Part shown: positions 9,784-23,480 of the stretch, in pieces
Layout: each line of letters starts with the position of its first letter
Position numbering within the stretch: the first letter of the stretch is position 1
From: Octopus sinensis
Lineage: Eukaryota
Assembly (NCBI RefSeq): GCF_006345805.1
Contig: NC_043012.1
Location: 2,356,001 to 2,420,000, forward strand
Reading direction: 5' to 3'
DNA: 64,000 nt
Program-made: the position numbers and the translations under genes
Notes under the pieces: model-generated
Seen by the model: the letters and a program-made list of their open reading frames with translations, nothing else
Databases searched by the model: none
What the model was told of the DNA's origin: nothing

Positions 9784-11981
9784 AACCAGTGAATATTAAA
9801 AACACCACACGCACACACACACACACATACACACACACACACACAAACATGTATACACATAGGCTTCCTCATCTACTTAAACATGCACACACAGGCCAGC
9901 CCCTTCCCTCTACACATACACACATACATGCGCACAAGCGATTCTGGCAGCCGTGGCGTAGCAGTAGAAATCAATACATACTCTGTAACTTTATTTTCAA
10001 ACTAACACAACAGATATTCTTCTCTCATTCTCTCTCGCTTACACACACACACAAGCAAGCATGTATTCGATGCTCACATGCATACACTACACATCACAAT
10101 TGATTTAACATTTATTTCTCTTCTATTTTCATTTTTTTAAAAAATCCTTTCTTCTCTTTATCGCTTTGTGTTTCTCTCGACACTCATGTCCCACTTCCTT
10201 CTTAATTTAATTAACCAATTAATGAATCTGAAGAATCACATTTATCCTATTCTGTGTAACCAGTGCTCAAAACCAAAGAGGAATGAACACACAACACAGG
10301 CATAACAGTTTGGTCTCTGATCTGTTTAACATTTGAAAAAATTCGATTTACTCTTTCACATCTGTTACCTCTAAATGGACTGAACCTCAATAACTGACAT
10401 TAAAGAACATGGCATATCACATGCAATCAGAGCAGGGGAGAACTTGTCACCTATCCATTCTTTGTTCTCGGTTTGAATCTAAGCTAAATCAACTTCACTT
10501 TTCCAGTTTTCTGAAGTTTAGTACTGGAAGGGTTGAGGCTGTGTGGTGTGGGAACTCAGAGTTCAGTTAATGAGGGAGCCTCTATGTGGTCTCTTGAACC
10601 ATCAGAAATAGCAGCTAAATCTTTCTTGAATCAAACCCTGCCATCTTAAGCAGAGAATGACAGGTCGGTCATAACTGGAATGTTTTTCATCAAAGGTCTG
10701 CTCAGTCAGTGATGATCAACAAAAGTGTGGGAATGAAATTTACAAACCCAGGTTCAAAATTTTTTTAACCATCAAGGTCGATTTTTTTTGTACTCTTGAT
10801 ATAAAACAAGCACAGGTATTATAATATAATAATAATAATAAATTTTTATTATTGTTTTCATTTGTATCAAGTCAATTCAAAAATATTTCTATGCTTGTTC
10901 GTTTTGGCAATGAAGTCTTTCAGGAGGGTGTTCAAAGTGTTTTCATTGCCCCCTGTTCCCGAGCCGACGATGACCAAAAGTTAATCAAAAATAACTAAAA
11001 CAAACAAAAACAGTGTGGGGAAGGGAAGAGCACTGTAAATCAGTGTTAAGATGTTTTAAGGTGGCAATCTGGTAGAAGCATTAGCATGCCGGACAAAATA
11101 CTTAGTGGCATGTTACGAGTTCAAATTCTGCTGAGGTTGGCTTACTCTTTACCCTGAAATTGCTGGCTTTGTGCCTCAATTTGAAAACAGTATTAAGATA
11201 TTTCTAATGTTGGAAAGAAAGTTTGTGGGGGTTAAGTGATATTTATATTTCTTAAAAAAGAAAAAAAAAACCCAGTAATTTATTTATCAGTGAGTTTTTT
11301 TTTATATATATATATATATATATATATTTGTAAATATGGACATTACATATATATGGGTTTTTAAAATGTTTTCCCTTCTTTCAATTTGTTTCAGCCATTG
11401 AGATGAGGCCATGCTGGGGCACCACATTTAATGGCTTTGTCAACTATATCAACCCCTCCCCCTCTTTTTGCCTGGTGCTTTTATTTTGTCATTCTTGTAA
11501 GATACGGAATGCAAAGCAGAATTAGGCATTAAAGTTTTATATATGTATATATATATATAAAATCCAAAGTATCCTTCCCATTTTTAAGATGGTAGCGTAT
11601 GTTATGTGGGAGATTTGGCTGCTATTTACATTGGCTTTTTTTTTATGTATATATAATGTGTATATAAATTCTTTAAAATGTTAACCCATGCCAGCATGGA
11701 AAGCGGACGTTAAACGACGACGACGACGATGATGATGTTACAGTTTTCTTCTTTTGCTATGAGTTCAAAAGAGGAGAATGCATTCAGTTAAATTCCAAGC
11801 TGCATCAAGTTTGAATAAACACTAAGAAATGCATTTAAATTCCCCCCCTCATCCTCCTATGAATGCTCATTATTTAAAGGGGTTTTCTACTTTCCGAATC
11901 CGAACAATAATCACTGTCCAAATTTAAATTGCTCACTACACAAATTATGTATATATATATATGTGTGTGTATATGTATATG

Positions 11982-12275
11982 AAGGCACGTGGCTTAGTGG
12001 TTAGGGCATTCAGCTAACGATTGTAAGGTCGTTGTGTCCTTGAGCATCGCACTTTATTTCACGTTGCTCCAGTCCACTCAGCTGGCAAAAATGAAGAGTA
12101 CCTGTATTTCAAAGGGCCGGCCTTGACACACTCTGTGTCACGCTGAATCTCCCTGAGAATTACATTAGGGGTACACGTGTCTGTGGATTGCTCAGCCACT
12201 TGTATGTTAATTTCACGAGCAAACTGTTCTGTTGATCGTATCAGCTGGGACCCTCGTCATCATAACCGATGGAGT
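11982..12275 (+). mobile_element. SINE family C
   Basis: GGCACGTGGCTTAGTGGTTAG A-box tRNA-like head; body shared with 6995-7260. Confidence 0.8.
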
Positions 12276-12287
12276 GCTCCATATCCA

Positions 12288-12289
<2 letters not shown>

Positions 12290-12363
<74 letters not shown>

Positions 12364-12380
12364 CATACATATATATATAT
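12290..12380. repeat. Compound (TA)n/(CA)n microsatellite
   Basis: Seen directly. Confidence 0.9.
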
Positions 12381-12556
12381 AACAATTAGTATAGTAAAAA
12401 CGGCTACTTTGTTTCATGCTGACATCAAGTTCTCTCCACTTTGAGAAATCATTTATATACATGTACACACACACACGCGCACACACACATGCAAATATAT
12501 AAACATGAAAAGGAGGGAATCTATTCTAATTCACACCATTCTTAATCATCCAAACA

Positions 12557-12588
<32 letters not shown>

Positions 12589-13989
12589 TCAGAACGTACA
12601 CCACTGCCCCTGTGTCAAAACAATATCATAATATCAAGTACTATTCATATTTCTGAAGAACAAGAAAAAAAAAAACCAAAGAAACAATGTTGCTTTATAT
12701 ATGTGTGTGTGTGTATGTATATATATATATGCATATATATATTGTTGCTCCCCACTTCCCCTCCCTAACCCATTCCTTCATTAATTGTTGACCCAATCCT
12801 TGTACCTCCAACCCACCCACCCATAAATCCATTCTTTATCATCTCCTGTCATTGGTAATGTTTTTCACATTTCAAAAAAAAAAAAATTAATTAAAAAGTT
12901 TAAAAAAAACAAGTTGATCAAGGCAACCAATTAACAAACACATATATTTCAGGATGTGTTTTTTTTTTTTGTTTACTGGGTTGGTCTCAGATTGTATTTT
13001 CTTGTTTGTTTGCTTTTTTTTTTTGCCTTTAAAAAATAAATTCCACTATTGTTGTTGTTGTTGTAACAACTTCAATTGAATGAATTTTTAAGGGGGAGAA
13101 AAAAAAAATTCTTGTTCAGTAATGTTTCAAAGCCACACTCCACTTAACCACCACCACCACCACCACCTTCAATTCACAGACAAAACAGTTTTGAAAGTTG
13201 ACTCTTTAACTTGATGTTGTTCTTCAAACAAATTTAAGTATTTGGGTTTATGAAAAGATCAGTTTGGGGTGTCATGTTTAATAATGGTAGATTTTTTTAT
13301 ATATATATATTATTTAAAATGATGTTTTTTTTTAATGGAAAAAAAAGTTCAAAATAATTTTTTTTTTAAATTTAAATAATTAAAAAAGTTGTTTTTTTTA
13401 AACTTTCAGACTGATCAGATTTTGTATTGAGTTTTTTTTTTTTTTTGTTAATGCACTTCATTACAACAGATGGTATGAACACTATCTTCTCCATCCCACC
13501 CACCCTCCCTCTTCTCATCCTTTGTTTTTCTTCAGTGTTTATCATTATTGTTTATTTTTTACTCATATTTTCTTTTCCGTTTCTTAAAATATTTGGATAT
13601 GAAAATTTAATTTAAAAAAAAAAAATAATAAGAATCTTTTTGTATCACATGATCTTCCAAAATCTGTAAGTCATTAAAACTGGAGGTTTTAAGCTTCAAA
13701 GCTTTACTGGCAAGTTTTGGCCAAGAAACAACCCAGCATTATAAAAAAATAAATAAATAAAATATAATAAAAACAAGCATAATTCCCTTTTTTAATGAAA
13801 TAAAAGTGAAGAAAAATTAAAATCAATGTTTTTATGAGTCTTGTATTAGTAAAAACTTTGATAGAATATCTATGTGTAGGGAAGCTTATTATAGAAGACA
13901 ATGCTGATGGTATGTTCAGAAGATCTGAAGCAAGAATAAGGTGAGTATGATTTAATGAGTGAACTGTACATACAGTAGGACATTCAAGG

Positions 13990-14332
13990 GTAAAGAACCC
14001 CTTTGGTCATGAATGACCATGGGATTGCACCTAGAAGATTCCCCACCGAGGCACAAGTCCAGGTAAGGCTGTTTATGGAAGACCAGCAGTGGCCCATAGA
14101 TACCAGCCTCCCATCTCCATGCCATCGATGTTATCCAAGGGAAAGGCAAAGGGGCCCCGATACAGCTTGGTACCAGTGACATCACAACTCATTTCTACAG
14201 CTGAGTGAACTGGAGCAACATGAAATAAAGTGTCTTGCTCAAGAATACAACACACAGTCTTGTCTGAGAATCGAACTCACAACCTCAAGATTGTGAGCCT
14301 GATGCTCTAACAACTGAACCATGTGCCTTCAC
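13990..14332 (-). mobile_element. SINE, family C-related
   Basis: CAGCTGAGTGAACTGGAGCAACATGAAATAAAGTGTCTTGCTCAAG is the reverse of the family C core; tRNA-like head at the right end. Confidence 0.7.
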
Positions 14333-14492
14333 TTAGTAGTACAGTACAGCCATTACTTGTGGGTGTTTTAGTAAGGTGGCATGCTTTCACTGATTTTTTT
14401 TTCTTCTTTTAGGTGCCTATGTAGTCTTGAGTAGTCATAGACACCTCACCTGTCTTGTCTTTGACCCAGCAAGGCATCCAAGATGTGACAGC

Positions 14493-14652
14493 CAGGGGCG
14501 TAGCTTGGGTAAATGGTGCCCTGGGCAAGCATCAAAATTGTGCCCCAACAAAAAAGTGAAAACTTGCATAGAAACGGCTGTTGAAAAATTATCTTGGCCA
14601 AAATTACACCCAGGGCATGTGCCCTGCTTGCCCCATTCTAGCTACGCCCCTG
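14493..14652. mobile_element. hAT-like MITE
   Basis: Perfect 12-bp TIR CAGGGGCGTAGC / GCTACGCCCCTG; perfect 8-bp TSD GTGACAGC at 14485-14492 and 14653-14660. Confidence 0.92.
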
Positions 14653-14929
14653 GTGACAGCAGCTGGGGTTTGAGGAAAGAAGGCTCCACTATGGTAGCAG
14701 ACAGGTATCCAGTACAGCAGAATAGACTGGAGCAGCCTGAAGTGATGTGCCTTGCTCAAGGATACAACACCTCATCCAGTTCAGAAATTGAACCAATGAT
14801 TTGATGATCACTAGCCAAACACCTTAACCACAAAAACATGTTGCTGTTGTTGTTTGTCTCCAGGTCAGTTCTGGTTCTGCTGGCCTATGGTAAAGATGTG
14901 TCAGTCATGATTATCATGCCTTTGTTTAA

Positions 14930-15152
14930 CTCTTCAGCTTTTAGACTGACCATATCTGGCCCAAATATTCTACCCATTTTGAATTCAAACTAGTCAGATC
15001 CATCCTCTCATACCTAAATAACTAAAAAGTTATTCTAAAAATAAACAATCACAGCATCGAAATCTTGAATCTATGAGATAATGCATGATTAAATCAAAGC
15101 AATGTGAATAAATAAGCATTACGTTTGACAGAGTCATCTGAATGCTAAAGGA
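14930..15152. mobile_element. piggyBac-like MITE, family 1 (degenerate)
   Basis: Colinear with 8367-8584. Confidence 0.7.
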
Positions 15153-16224
15153 TTCATGTATTGTGTATCTAGGACTACATTATTCTGGATGCACATCTTC
15201 CCTTTTTAAGACATCTTCTTCAATCTCTGACCCACTTCACTATATACACCACCGAGTAACTTGGATGTACAGCGCCCCCTCCCCCAATCATCTCATTTTC
15301 ACCTTCTTAATCTCTCTCTCTCATCTTTAGTTGCCATGTCTCTCGTCTAATGCAAGACACCTTTTCTGTCCCTCAATACTACTGGGGTAGTCTTATCTTG
15401 CAAGTTACCTGGTGACATCACTGTTGCTGGTGCCTCATAGAAAGTACCCAGTATACTCTGTAAAGTGGTTGGCATTAGGAAGGACATCCAGCTGTGGAAA
15501 CCATATCAAAACAGACAGCAGGACTTGGGGCTGTCTCCTGACAGTTACTGTCAAATTGTTCTCTCCGTGTCAGCATAGAAAGTAGACGTTAAATGATGAT
15601 GAGGGAGGTTTGGTTGCTGTTTCTAGCAAGTCCAGAAACCACAGTCCCTTCTTTGGTGCAACCAGCCATGACCTTGTCTTTTTTTTCCAGACATAAGTAT
15701 AAAATAATGTCACAGCTGGCATTTCTTTGATTGTGACTGGCGCGGAATTAAATACCACCACCAGAAAATAGATGACATGGTTTATAATGCCTTCTTGATT
15801 CGATCCTCCTTTAATGCTCTCTTACAAACTACAGTTGCAGATTCCTGTCACACAGGCAGCCGAGAACATTTTTCTACTATTTGGACTATAGTAAAGACAT
15901 TCACCAACGGTGCCTTGCTGTACGACCGAACCAGAAACCTTATGTTTGGGAAGCAAACTTCTTTCCACACAGCCATACCTGTGCATATGAGCAAAGATAT
16001 TCTAGCCATGACCTTCCTGTAAATTTTTTACCATTATGTATCAAGGACTATCTAATGTGTTTCTTCCTTTTCAAAACAATAGTATGTAATTTGAGGGATA
16101 TTTGGCTGCCATCATTTGCAGGTTGAGCAGCCCAATCCTACCCTACCCCACCACACTTTGGAGGGTCTCCATCATTGGTTCATGAAGCATCACTTTGATT
16201 GAACTGGTGCCATGTGTATTTTTA

Positions 16225-16605
16225 TCTTTTTAATTGTTTCTGGCATTAGATTGTGGCCATGCTGGGGCACTGCCTTCAAGAATTTTTAGTCAAATCAATT
16301 GAACCCACTATTTTTTTAAAGCCTGGTACTTAATTCTATAAGTCTCTTTTGCTAAACTTCTAAATTACAGGGACATAAACACACCAACACCGGTTGTCAT
16401 TGTGGTGGTGGGGAACAAACGTGTGCACGCACACACACATATACACAATGGCCTTTCAGTTTCTGTCTACCAAATCCACTCACAAGGCTTAGGTCAGCCT
16501 GGGGCTATAGTAGAAGGCATTTGCTCAAGGTGCCACACAGTGGGACTGAAACTGGAACCATGTGGTTGGGTAGCAAGCTTTTTACCACACAGCCATGCCT
16601 GCGCC
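16225..16605 (-). mobile_element. SINE family A
   Basis: Full-length reverse copy ending ACCACACAGCCATGCCTGCGCC. Confidence 0.8.
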
Positions 16606-17698
16606 TATTATAACAAGCATTTATTCTGACAGTGCCTCTGAATGTTCTGAAATACAAAAGAAGACACTGTGGTTTGAACCCTCAAAAATGTAGTGAACCA
16701 CTGTAAAGAAATTTGCCTGAATCTGCTATTATTTTCTCATCCCCCTACCCACCCACCATTGATTGTGGTGGAGGTGGTGGTGGGGGGGGGTGGATGGTAA
16801 TGATATTGTAAGATGTATGTATAAACTGAATGCACCTTCTGCCTTGCCCACAAAATAAAAAGTCTATATATGAGGTTTTTTTATAAATTGGGTGAATGAG
16901 TTTAAGGATACAACTAACCAGTTCTTGAGGCTCGAATATACAAAAAAAGAAACAAGAAAAAACCCCAGAAAAATCTTTAAGTTCAAGTCCATTCATTACC
17001 TTTATGTCTGTGGTGGAACAAATACTGAAAACATTAAAACACACAAACATGCAAACACTCATATACAGACTTTCATATGCATACACAAATGTACCCATAC
17101 GTATATACACTCATACGAATCTCAAAGAAGGAGAAAAAGCCTCACCTGTAATAGATCACACCTGCACCCTTCCCCACTTGCCAAAAACTGCTTCCACTCC
17201 CCAACCTCCAAAACCTACCCTCTCCTCTCATGGCCAAAGTAGAAAATGGGAATTTCATGTCAATATGTATTTCAGGGGTTATTAGGGGTAAATGATTTCA
17301 CGTGAAACTGTCAGCGTTATACACACTGGCAATGCAACATGGAGGTTAATCAGTGGCTGGCGAAAGTAATGTCTTTATTTACTGCCAGTTTGTTTAAACT
17401 GTGTCTGTCAACAGACACAGAAATCTCTGTATTACCTGAGTAATGTCATGTAAATGACGTATGACATCACCAACCATCCACCACGGTCAACAATCACATT
17501 ACCACCACCACCACCACCACCACCATCATAGGCATCACTACTACCATCATCCACTGACACCACTACCTCTGACCCTACAACCACTGATCACCACCGCTAC
17601 CCCTACTACCAGACACTGCCACCACCACTACAACATTCAGTGACACCATCGAAGGTTGAAACAGGTTCAAAAGTGATATTTACCTGGAACTTCTTTTA

Positions 17699-17731
<33 letters not shown>

Positions 17732-18004
17732 AAATATTAATGTTACGATAGATAAATGTGTATATATGTATACACACACACATGCATGTGTTTTGTGTGT
17801 TTGTGATTATATTTATGTTTATGTCTGTTTCCACATATATTTATGTAGGTCCACTAAGACACTAACAGACTAAAATGTGTCCAAAGATTTCAAAACCAGT
17901 AGCTATAATATAATACAATGAACTTATTGTTTATTGTACTCGGGTGCATTAAAACTTGCCAGAAAAGAGAAAATAGCAATAAGACATGTATAAAGACAGC
18001 TATA

Positions 18005-18217
18005 ATCTTTTCTACTCCAGGCACAAGGCCCAAAATTTTGGGGGAGGGGCCAGTTATTAGATTGATCCCCAGTACGCAACTGGTACTTAATTTATCGACC
18101 CTGAAAGGATGAAAGGCAAAATCGACCTCAGCAGAATTTGAACTTGGAACATAAAGACAAATGAAATATCGCTATGCATTTCGCCCAATGTGCTAACGTT
18201 TCTGCCAGCTTGCCACC
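18005..18217 (-). mobile_element. SINE family B
   Basis: CTGGTACTTAATTTATCGACCCTGAAAGGATGAAAGGC..CTGCCAGCTTGCC. Confidence 0.8.
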
Positions 18218-18409
18218 TTGTATAAGCTATGATAACCAAAACGTACATACATATCATGGCAGTATCATGTCTGAAGACCATGAGGAAGATAGAGACTGCC
18301 AATATGCGGAGTTGAGCCTGTGACTGCCAGTACCTGTCACTTTCAATGCTTCTCCATCACTGGAGAGTCTCACAGATAGGTAGATATATACATATGTATG
18401 CATATCTCG

Positions 18410-18557
18410 GAGTGGTTGGCATTAGGAAGGGCATCCAGCTGTAGAAACTCTGCCATATCAAGACGAGCCTGGTGCAGCCATCTGGTTGCCAGCCCTCAGT
18501 CAAAATCGTCCAACCCATGCTAGCATGGAAAACGGATGTTAAATGATGATGATGATA
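18410..18557 (+). mobile_element. LINE (RTE-type) 3' end with (GAT)n tail
   Basis: TGGTTGGCATTAGGAAGGGCATCCAGCTGTAGAAAC..AACCCATGCTAGCATGGAAAACGG..(GAT)n; copies at 3830(-), 15400, 19590, 20190(-), 25920. Confidence 0.7.
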
Positions 18558-18757
18558 TTTATATATCTGTGTGTATGTATGTATATTTAGCAAAGACAAC
18601 ACATATTTTTAGACAGTAACTCTAGACCTTGGCTAAACTATTATTATTTTTACTATCATTTCTTTATCAATTAATAATTATTTTTAACAATTCAAATATA
18701 GATAAAATCAAACAACGAACTATGCATAATTCTAAAAATGTTTAACTGTGATATTGT

Positions 18758-18809
<52 letters not shown>

Positions 18810-18811
<2 letters not shown>

Positions 18812-19485
18812 TTTGGAAGTAGTAGTTTTCTGATTGCAGCCCTCTCATGAAATCCAGCGAACAGTTTTTTGGGAAACTGTGTTCTCGAGGTGGTCATTAA
18901 GCTCTGCAGTAATTTTGGAAGCTGTACTTTTGTGACCCTTTCTAACAATTGGCGTAAGAGTCTGACGGTCCCTATCTGAAAGTTTTGGTTTTCTTCTGGA
19001 ATTTTGTTTTGAAGAGGAGGATTCTCCCTCTTTCTCAAAGGCTGTCATTACTTCAAGACAGTAATTCTTGATACACCAAACATTTAGATCTGTCATTTTA
19101 ATGAACGTTAATTAGCCTTTTTCTGATGATATCTAAAAAATTTTCAATTCAATTCAATTTTTATTGGCTCAAAAAGCAAAAGCAAGGCCATGTAGGGGGA
19201 CAGGGAGTTATATACAGGGAGGGTGGTCATACAAAGAGTTCAGGCCATTTCTGGTCAAGAGAGACTTTGAGCCGAGCGGTTGTCAGCATCTTCACTATCT
19301 CGTCCGGCAGCTTATTCCACGGATCCGCAACCCGAAAAGAAACAGCAATTTTAGCAAAACATATTAAGCAACACTAATAATAAATCAAAAAACATAAAAA
19401 TAAACAAGCTTTTGATGGTTTTATAGATATTTCAAAATCATGATGCTGTGATGCTAGGTTTTTCCATTATTTTGTCCAACCCCTG
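18810..19485 (-). mobile_element. Tc1-like transposon 5' relic (HTH region + one TIR)
   Basis: Minus-strand RKPKLSDRDRQTL..IVRK..KSTASKITAELN..VSQKTVR (Tc1 transposase N-terminal HTH); terminus TA|CAGGGGTTGGACAAAATAATGG at 19485. Confidence 0.8.
19140..19348 (-). mobile_element. CR1/L2-like LINE 3' end nested in the Tc1 relic
   Basis: Minus strand encodes SFRVADPWNKLPDEIVKM..LKVSLDQKW (CR1/L2 ORF2 C-terminal motif), followed by AATAAA and an (ATTGA)n tail. Confidence 0.72.
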
Positions 19486-21429
19486 TATATATATATAATT
19501 ACATTGCTTATATATATCTAACTATAATACAATGAAATTATTGTTTATTGTACTCAGGTGCATTATTATTTGCCAGAAAAGAGAAACCTGTGGAAGAGGT
19601 AGGCCTAGGTAAACATGGGCTGAGGTGGTGAGGTATGATCTTCAAATGTTGAGTTTCATGGAAGTGATGATTTGCTGTGCTTGAGAAGACATATCAAACT
19701 AAGTGAAATTGTAGTCACAGCACTTAAAAGGCACCTATACTGGTGACATGTGAAAGGCACCCAGTATACTCTGGAGTGGTTAGCATTAGGAAGGTAATCT
19801 AGCTGTAGAAACCAAGCCAAAACAGACTGAAGCCTGCTGCAACTCTCTGGTTTACTAGTCCCAGTCAAACTGTCTTACCCATGCTAGCATGAAAAATGGA
19901 TGCTAAATGATGGTATATATGTAGAAGGAATGTTGGCAGAGACCCACAAAACCAACTCTCTGCCCAGATATTGAAGCTTAATCACTGTGTTCAGATGTAC
20001 AAATAAGTTACCAACAAACAGGATTAATGACATCAACAAGTGAGTGACCCATTTAAGTCTCAGATAGACATATTAAGAACTTTTGTTCGTTATCAATGGC
20101 TGAGTTAACCAGCAAAAACAACAGAACCAATAGATTAAAGTTACAATTCTTGTAAAACAAGCATTCGATGGTTTGACAGAGGACTGTGCTGGCTCCACTA
20201 TCTGCTTTGGCATGGGTTTTACAGCTGGATGCCCTTCCTAACACCAACTACTTTCCAGAGTGTACTGGGTTCTTTTTAACTGGCAGTGGAACAGGTGAGG
20301 TTACCAAATAACTTGCAAGACAAGGCCCCCCTCAGATGAAGGGGTGTAATATTGAGGAAGGTGACTTTATGTCAGTTGATGAAAGGGTTAACTCTTTGTC
20401 ATTTAAACTGGTCATATCTGGCTCAAATATTCTGTTTTACGTTCAAATTGGCCAGATCTGGCACCTCATACCTGTCCTACAATGTCATTCTAAAAATATT
20501 CAATCATTTCATCAAAATCATAAGGATGTTGAACGAAACACCCATGTTTCCAAAGGTGAATTATCCAAACCTCTAAGAATTCCTTTCAACACACGGCTAT
20601 GATGCTCCCCAACTACTCCTGCTCGTGATCAGAGATGCACATATCATCAGCCACTAAGGAACATGCTCAACTGGTTATGGTCAAACAACTGACAAGCAAA
20701 TCTGTGGTATTGAGCAGAATATTTGCTGTTAGCCCATCTTTTATACCAAGACAAAACAATGTACATGATAACACTTCCAATCAGTTGAAAGTATTATTAT
20801 TATTATTATTTACATCCACATACAGATAAAGGCATACACACACACACACACACACATGAGCGTGCGTACACACACACACACACACAGACGACCATGGTAA
20901 CATTTTTGTCATGCTGACCTTTTACAGGGTATCCAAGATATTTCCTTCAAAACACTTTTACATTGGCTTCAACAAACTTCAAAAAGAAAGAATTAAATGA
21001 ATGAGAAAGTTATATATATATATATATATATGTTCTCTCTGTTGCATTTAATTAATTAGGAAACAATTTTCTTTGTTTTTCTTGACTATGAAATAGTATT
21101 AAATTATGTTTCCAAGTTAATTTTAAACAAACGAATGATGCAGATAATTAATTTTAGATCAAGATAAATTTGATTATCTGAAAAGTTATTTGGGACTAAT
21201 TATGAAGTATCAAATGATAGACATACACATGCACACACACACACACACACACACATTCATATGTGTATATGTATGTATAACCCTCATATGCACATATAAC
21301 ATAGACACACATAAGATAGATATACATACAAATAATACAGACATGCTCATAATATAGAAGCTATATACACAAATAATACTCAGACATGTATACACATATA
21401 ACACACACATACACACACAACTATATATA

Positions 21430-21660
21430 TCTATTATATAAAATCCATTCTGTCTGTGTGTGTGTCTTCTAGGATCTCAAGCATCCTCCATCCGATTGCA
21501 CTCAAATTTGATATGTAGATACCGACGGTATCAAGGCGTGTATAAGTCTTGAAAAAATTACAAAAATCGATTCCAGGTGAGAATGCGATCGATAAAGCCG
21601 TGGTAACGTGCGTTTGTATGCGCAAGTACATCAGTCAAAATCCGTCTTTTGCTGGTGTCT
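21430..21660 (+). mobile_element. Possible non-autonomous Helitron 5' part
   Basis: TCTATTATATAAA start, (GT) microsatellite, CCGATTGCACTCAAATTTG; layout typical of short Helitrons; no CTRR end located. Confidence 0.4.
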
Positions 21661-22050
21661 CAAATTTAGGTTAAATCAGTGTTTCTCAAAGGGAAGGTCT
21701 ATGGGACGGTTGGACAAGTTGTTTTGAGAAAATTAACCCAATACATAACTGGTACTTAATTTATCAACCCTGATATATATATGCGTATAAGTTATGTATA
21801 TATATATGCGTATAAGTTATGTATAATTCAAATGAAAATGAAGAGAAAATGCTCTAATTGTCCAGTGGTATAAATATGGGCATCAAAGATGAATAAAGGT
21901 GTATTAAAATATTATGCAAGTTAACATGTTGATTATCTTCCTTTTGAGAAAAAGGTAAACTAATGCCTTGTGGAAATTGGGACTGACTCCAGATGAAAAG
22001 GGGAGAAAATCTCAAAAGCCAAGAAATCTTTAAAATTGATATGCCACTAA

Positions 22051-22490
22051 CCCTTTTGCATTCAAACTGGCTGTATGTGGCTTATATTCTACCAGTTCTG
22101 TGTTTGTACTGGTTAGATCTAACATCTCAGCCTTCCCTACAATGCCATTCTGAGAATAGACAATCAGTTCAATGTTCTTTTGAAGCTATGAGACACACAT
22201 GATTAATTAAAGATAAAGTGGCTAAATGAGCATTATATTTGACAGATTAACCTGAATGCTAAAAGATTAACCCTTTAGTATTCTGATTTCTCTGCCAAAT
22301 GTAATACTTATTCATTCACATTGTTTTGAATTAGTCATGTATTAACTCATAGCTTTGATATTTCAATGATGTGAATGTTCATTTTTAAAATGACATTGTA
22401 GGGTAAGAGTGAAAGACCAGACCCGACTGGTTTGAACATAAAACAGGTAGAAAACTTGGGCCAAATATGGCTGAATTGAATGCTAAAGGG
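22051..22490. mobile_element. Two piggyBac-like family 1 MITEs in inverted orientation sharing one TTAA
   Basis: Copy 1 at 22051-22266 (same orientation as 8367), TTAA at 22267-22270, copy 2 at 22271-22490 (reverse), TTAA at 22491-22494. Confidence 0.8.
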
Positions 22491-23050
22491 TTAAGGAAAA
22501 GACAGACTGATTGTCATACACATAGATGTCCTCACACACACACGAGCATTCAGAACTGTAGAGTAGAACAAATTCTACTATAGCACAAAACAGGCATAGT
22601 TTTAGGTCATGTAATACAGGTCGTCATTGGCTTATGATTTATCTGACTTATGACTGATTGACTTTATGACGATTAGCATGCCAGCTCCTATATAAACACA
22701 CATACATACATACACATGAAATGAGACAGATAGGTGCTGAACTGTATAGAGGTTGTCTATAGCAACAGCACCTTGGAAATGACAGGACAAATTAAAGCAG
22801 TCCAGACCCAAACCAGCAATCTACGGTAGCAACAAGAACTAACGCAACAGTTAACAGCAGTTAAGAAACAACTACTAATTTGGGGAGGAGGTGATTAGAA
22901 ATTGGTCAGTTATCTTTGGTAATTACCATTGATGCTACTTTATGACTCACTTGCTCTATTTAGCAATATTTAGCTGCTGGCTGTCTTTTGCTAAGAATAT
23001 GTCTGAAATGTGTAATCTCTCCCCTGCCGTTCCTTTCATCCTCTCTCTTT

Positions 23051-23060
23051 CACACACACA

Positions 23061-23120
<60 letters not shown>

Positions 23121-23171
23121 GCACGCACGCACGCACGCACGAACCGCACGCACGCACGCACGCACGCACGC

Positions 23172-23203
<32 letters not shown>

Positions 23204-23480
23204 CCGCACGCAAGCACGCACGCCGCACGCACGCACGCACGCACGCACCGCAACTCACGCACGCAGCACGCAGCACGCACGCCCGCACGCACGCACGCAC
23301 GCACGCACGACACGCACGCACGGAACGAGCACGCACGCACGCACCGCACGCACGCCGCACGCACGCACGCACGCACCGCACGGCACGCAACGCACGCACG
23401 CACGCACGCACGCAGCACGCACGCACGCACGCCACGCACACGCACACGCACACGCACACGCACACGCACACACACCACCA
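23051..23480. repeat. Interrupted (GCAC)n microsatellite
   Basis: Seen directly; source of the HART/VRAC ORFs. Confidence 0.95.

Larger units (their letters stand above)
9784..13810 (+). other. Probable long MOB3 3' UTR
   Basis: Follows stop codon; U/A-rich, microsatellite-rich; AATAAA cluster at about 13748-13803; true end uncertain. Confidence 0.4.

Noticed and set aside
11982-12030. tRNA gene
   Set aside because: A-box-like head continues into a SINE body; no complete cloverleaf
17461-17643. Poly-His ORF
   Set aside because: (CAC)n microsatellite with no splice or domain support
22951-23002. Minus-strand exon-like segment (CAG..GTGAGT)
   Set aside because: Stops in all three frames and a weak pyrimidine tract; cannot be supported without RNA data
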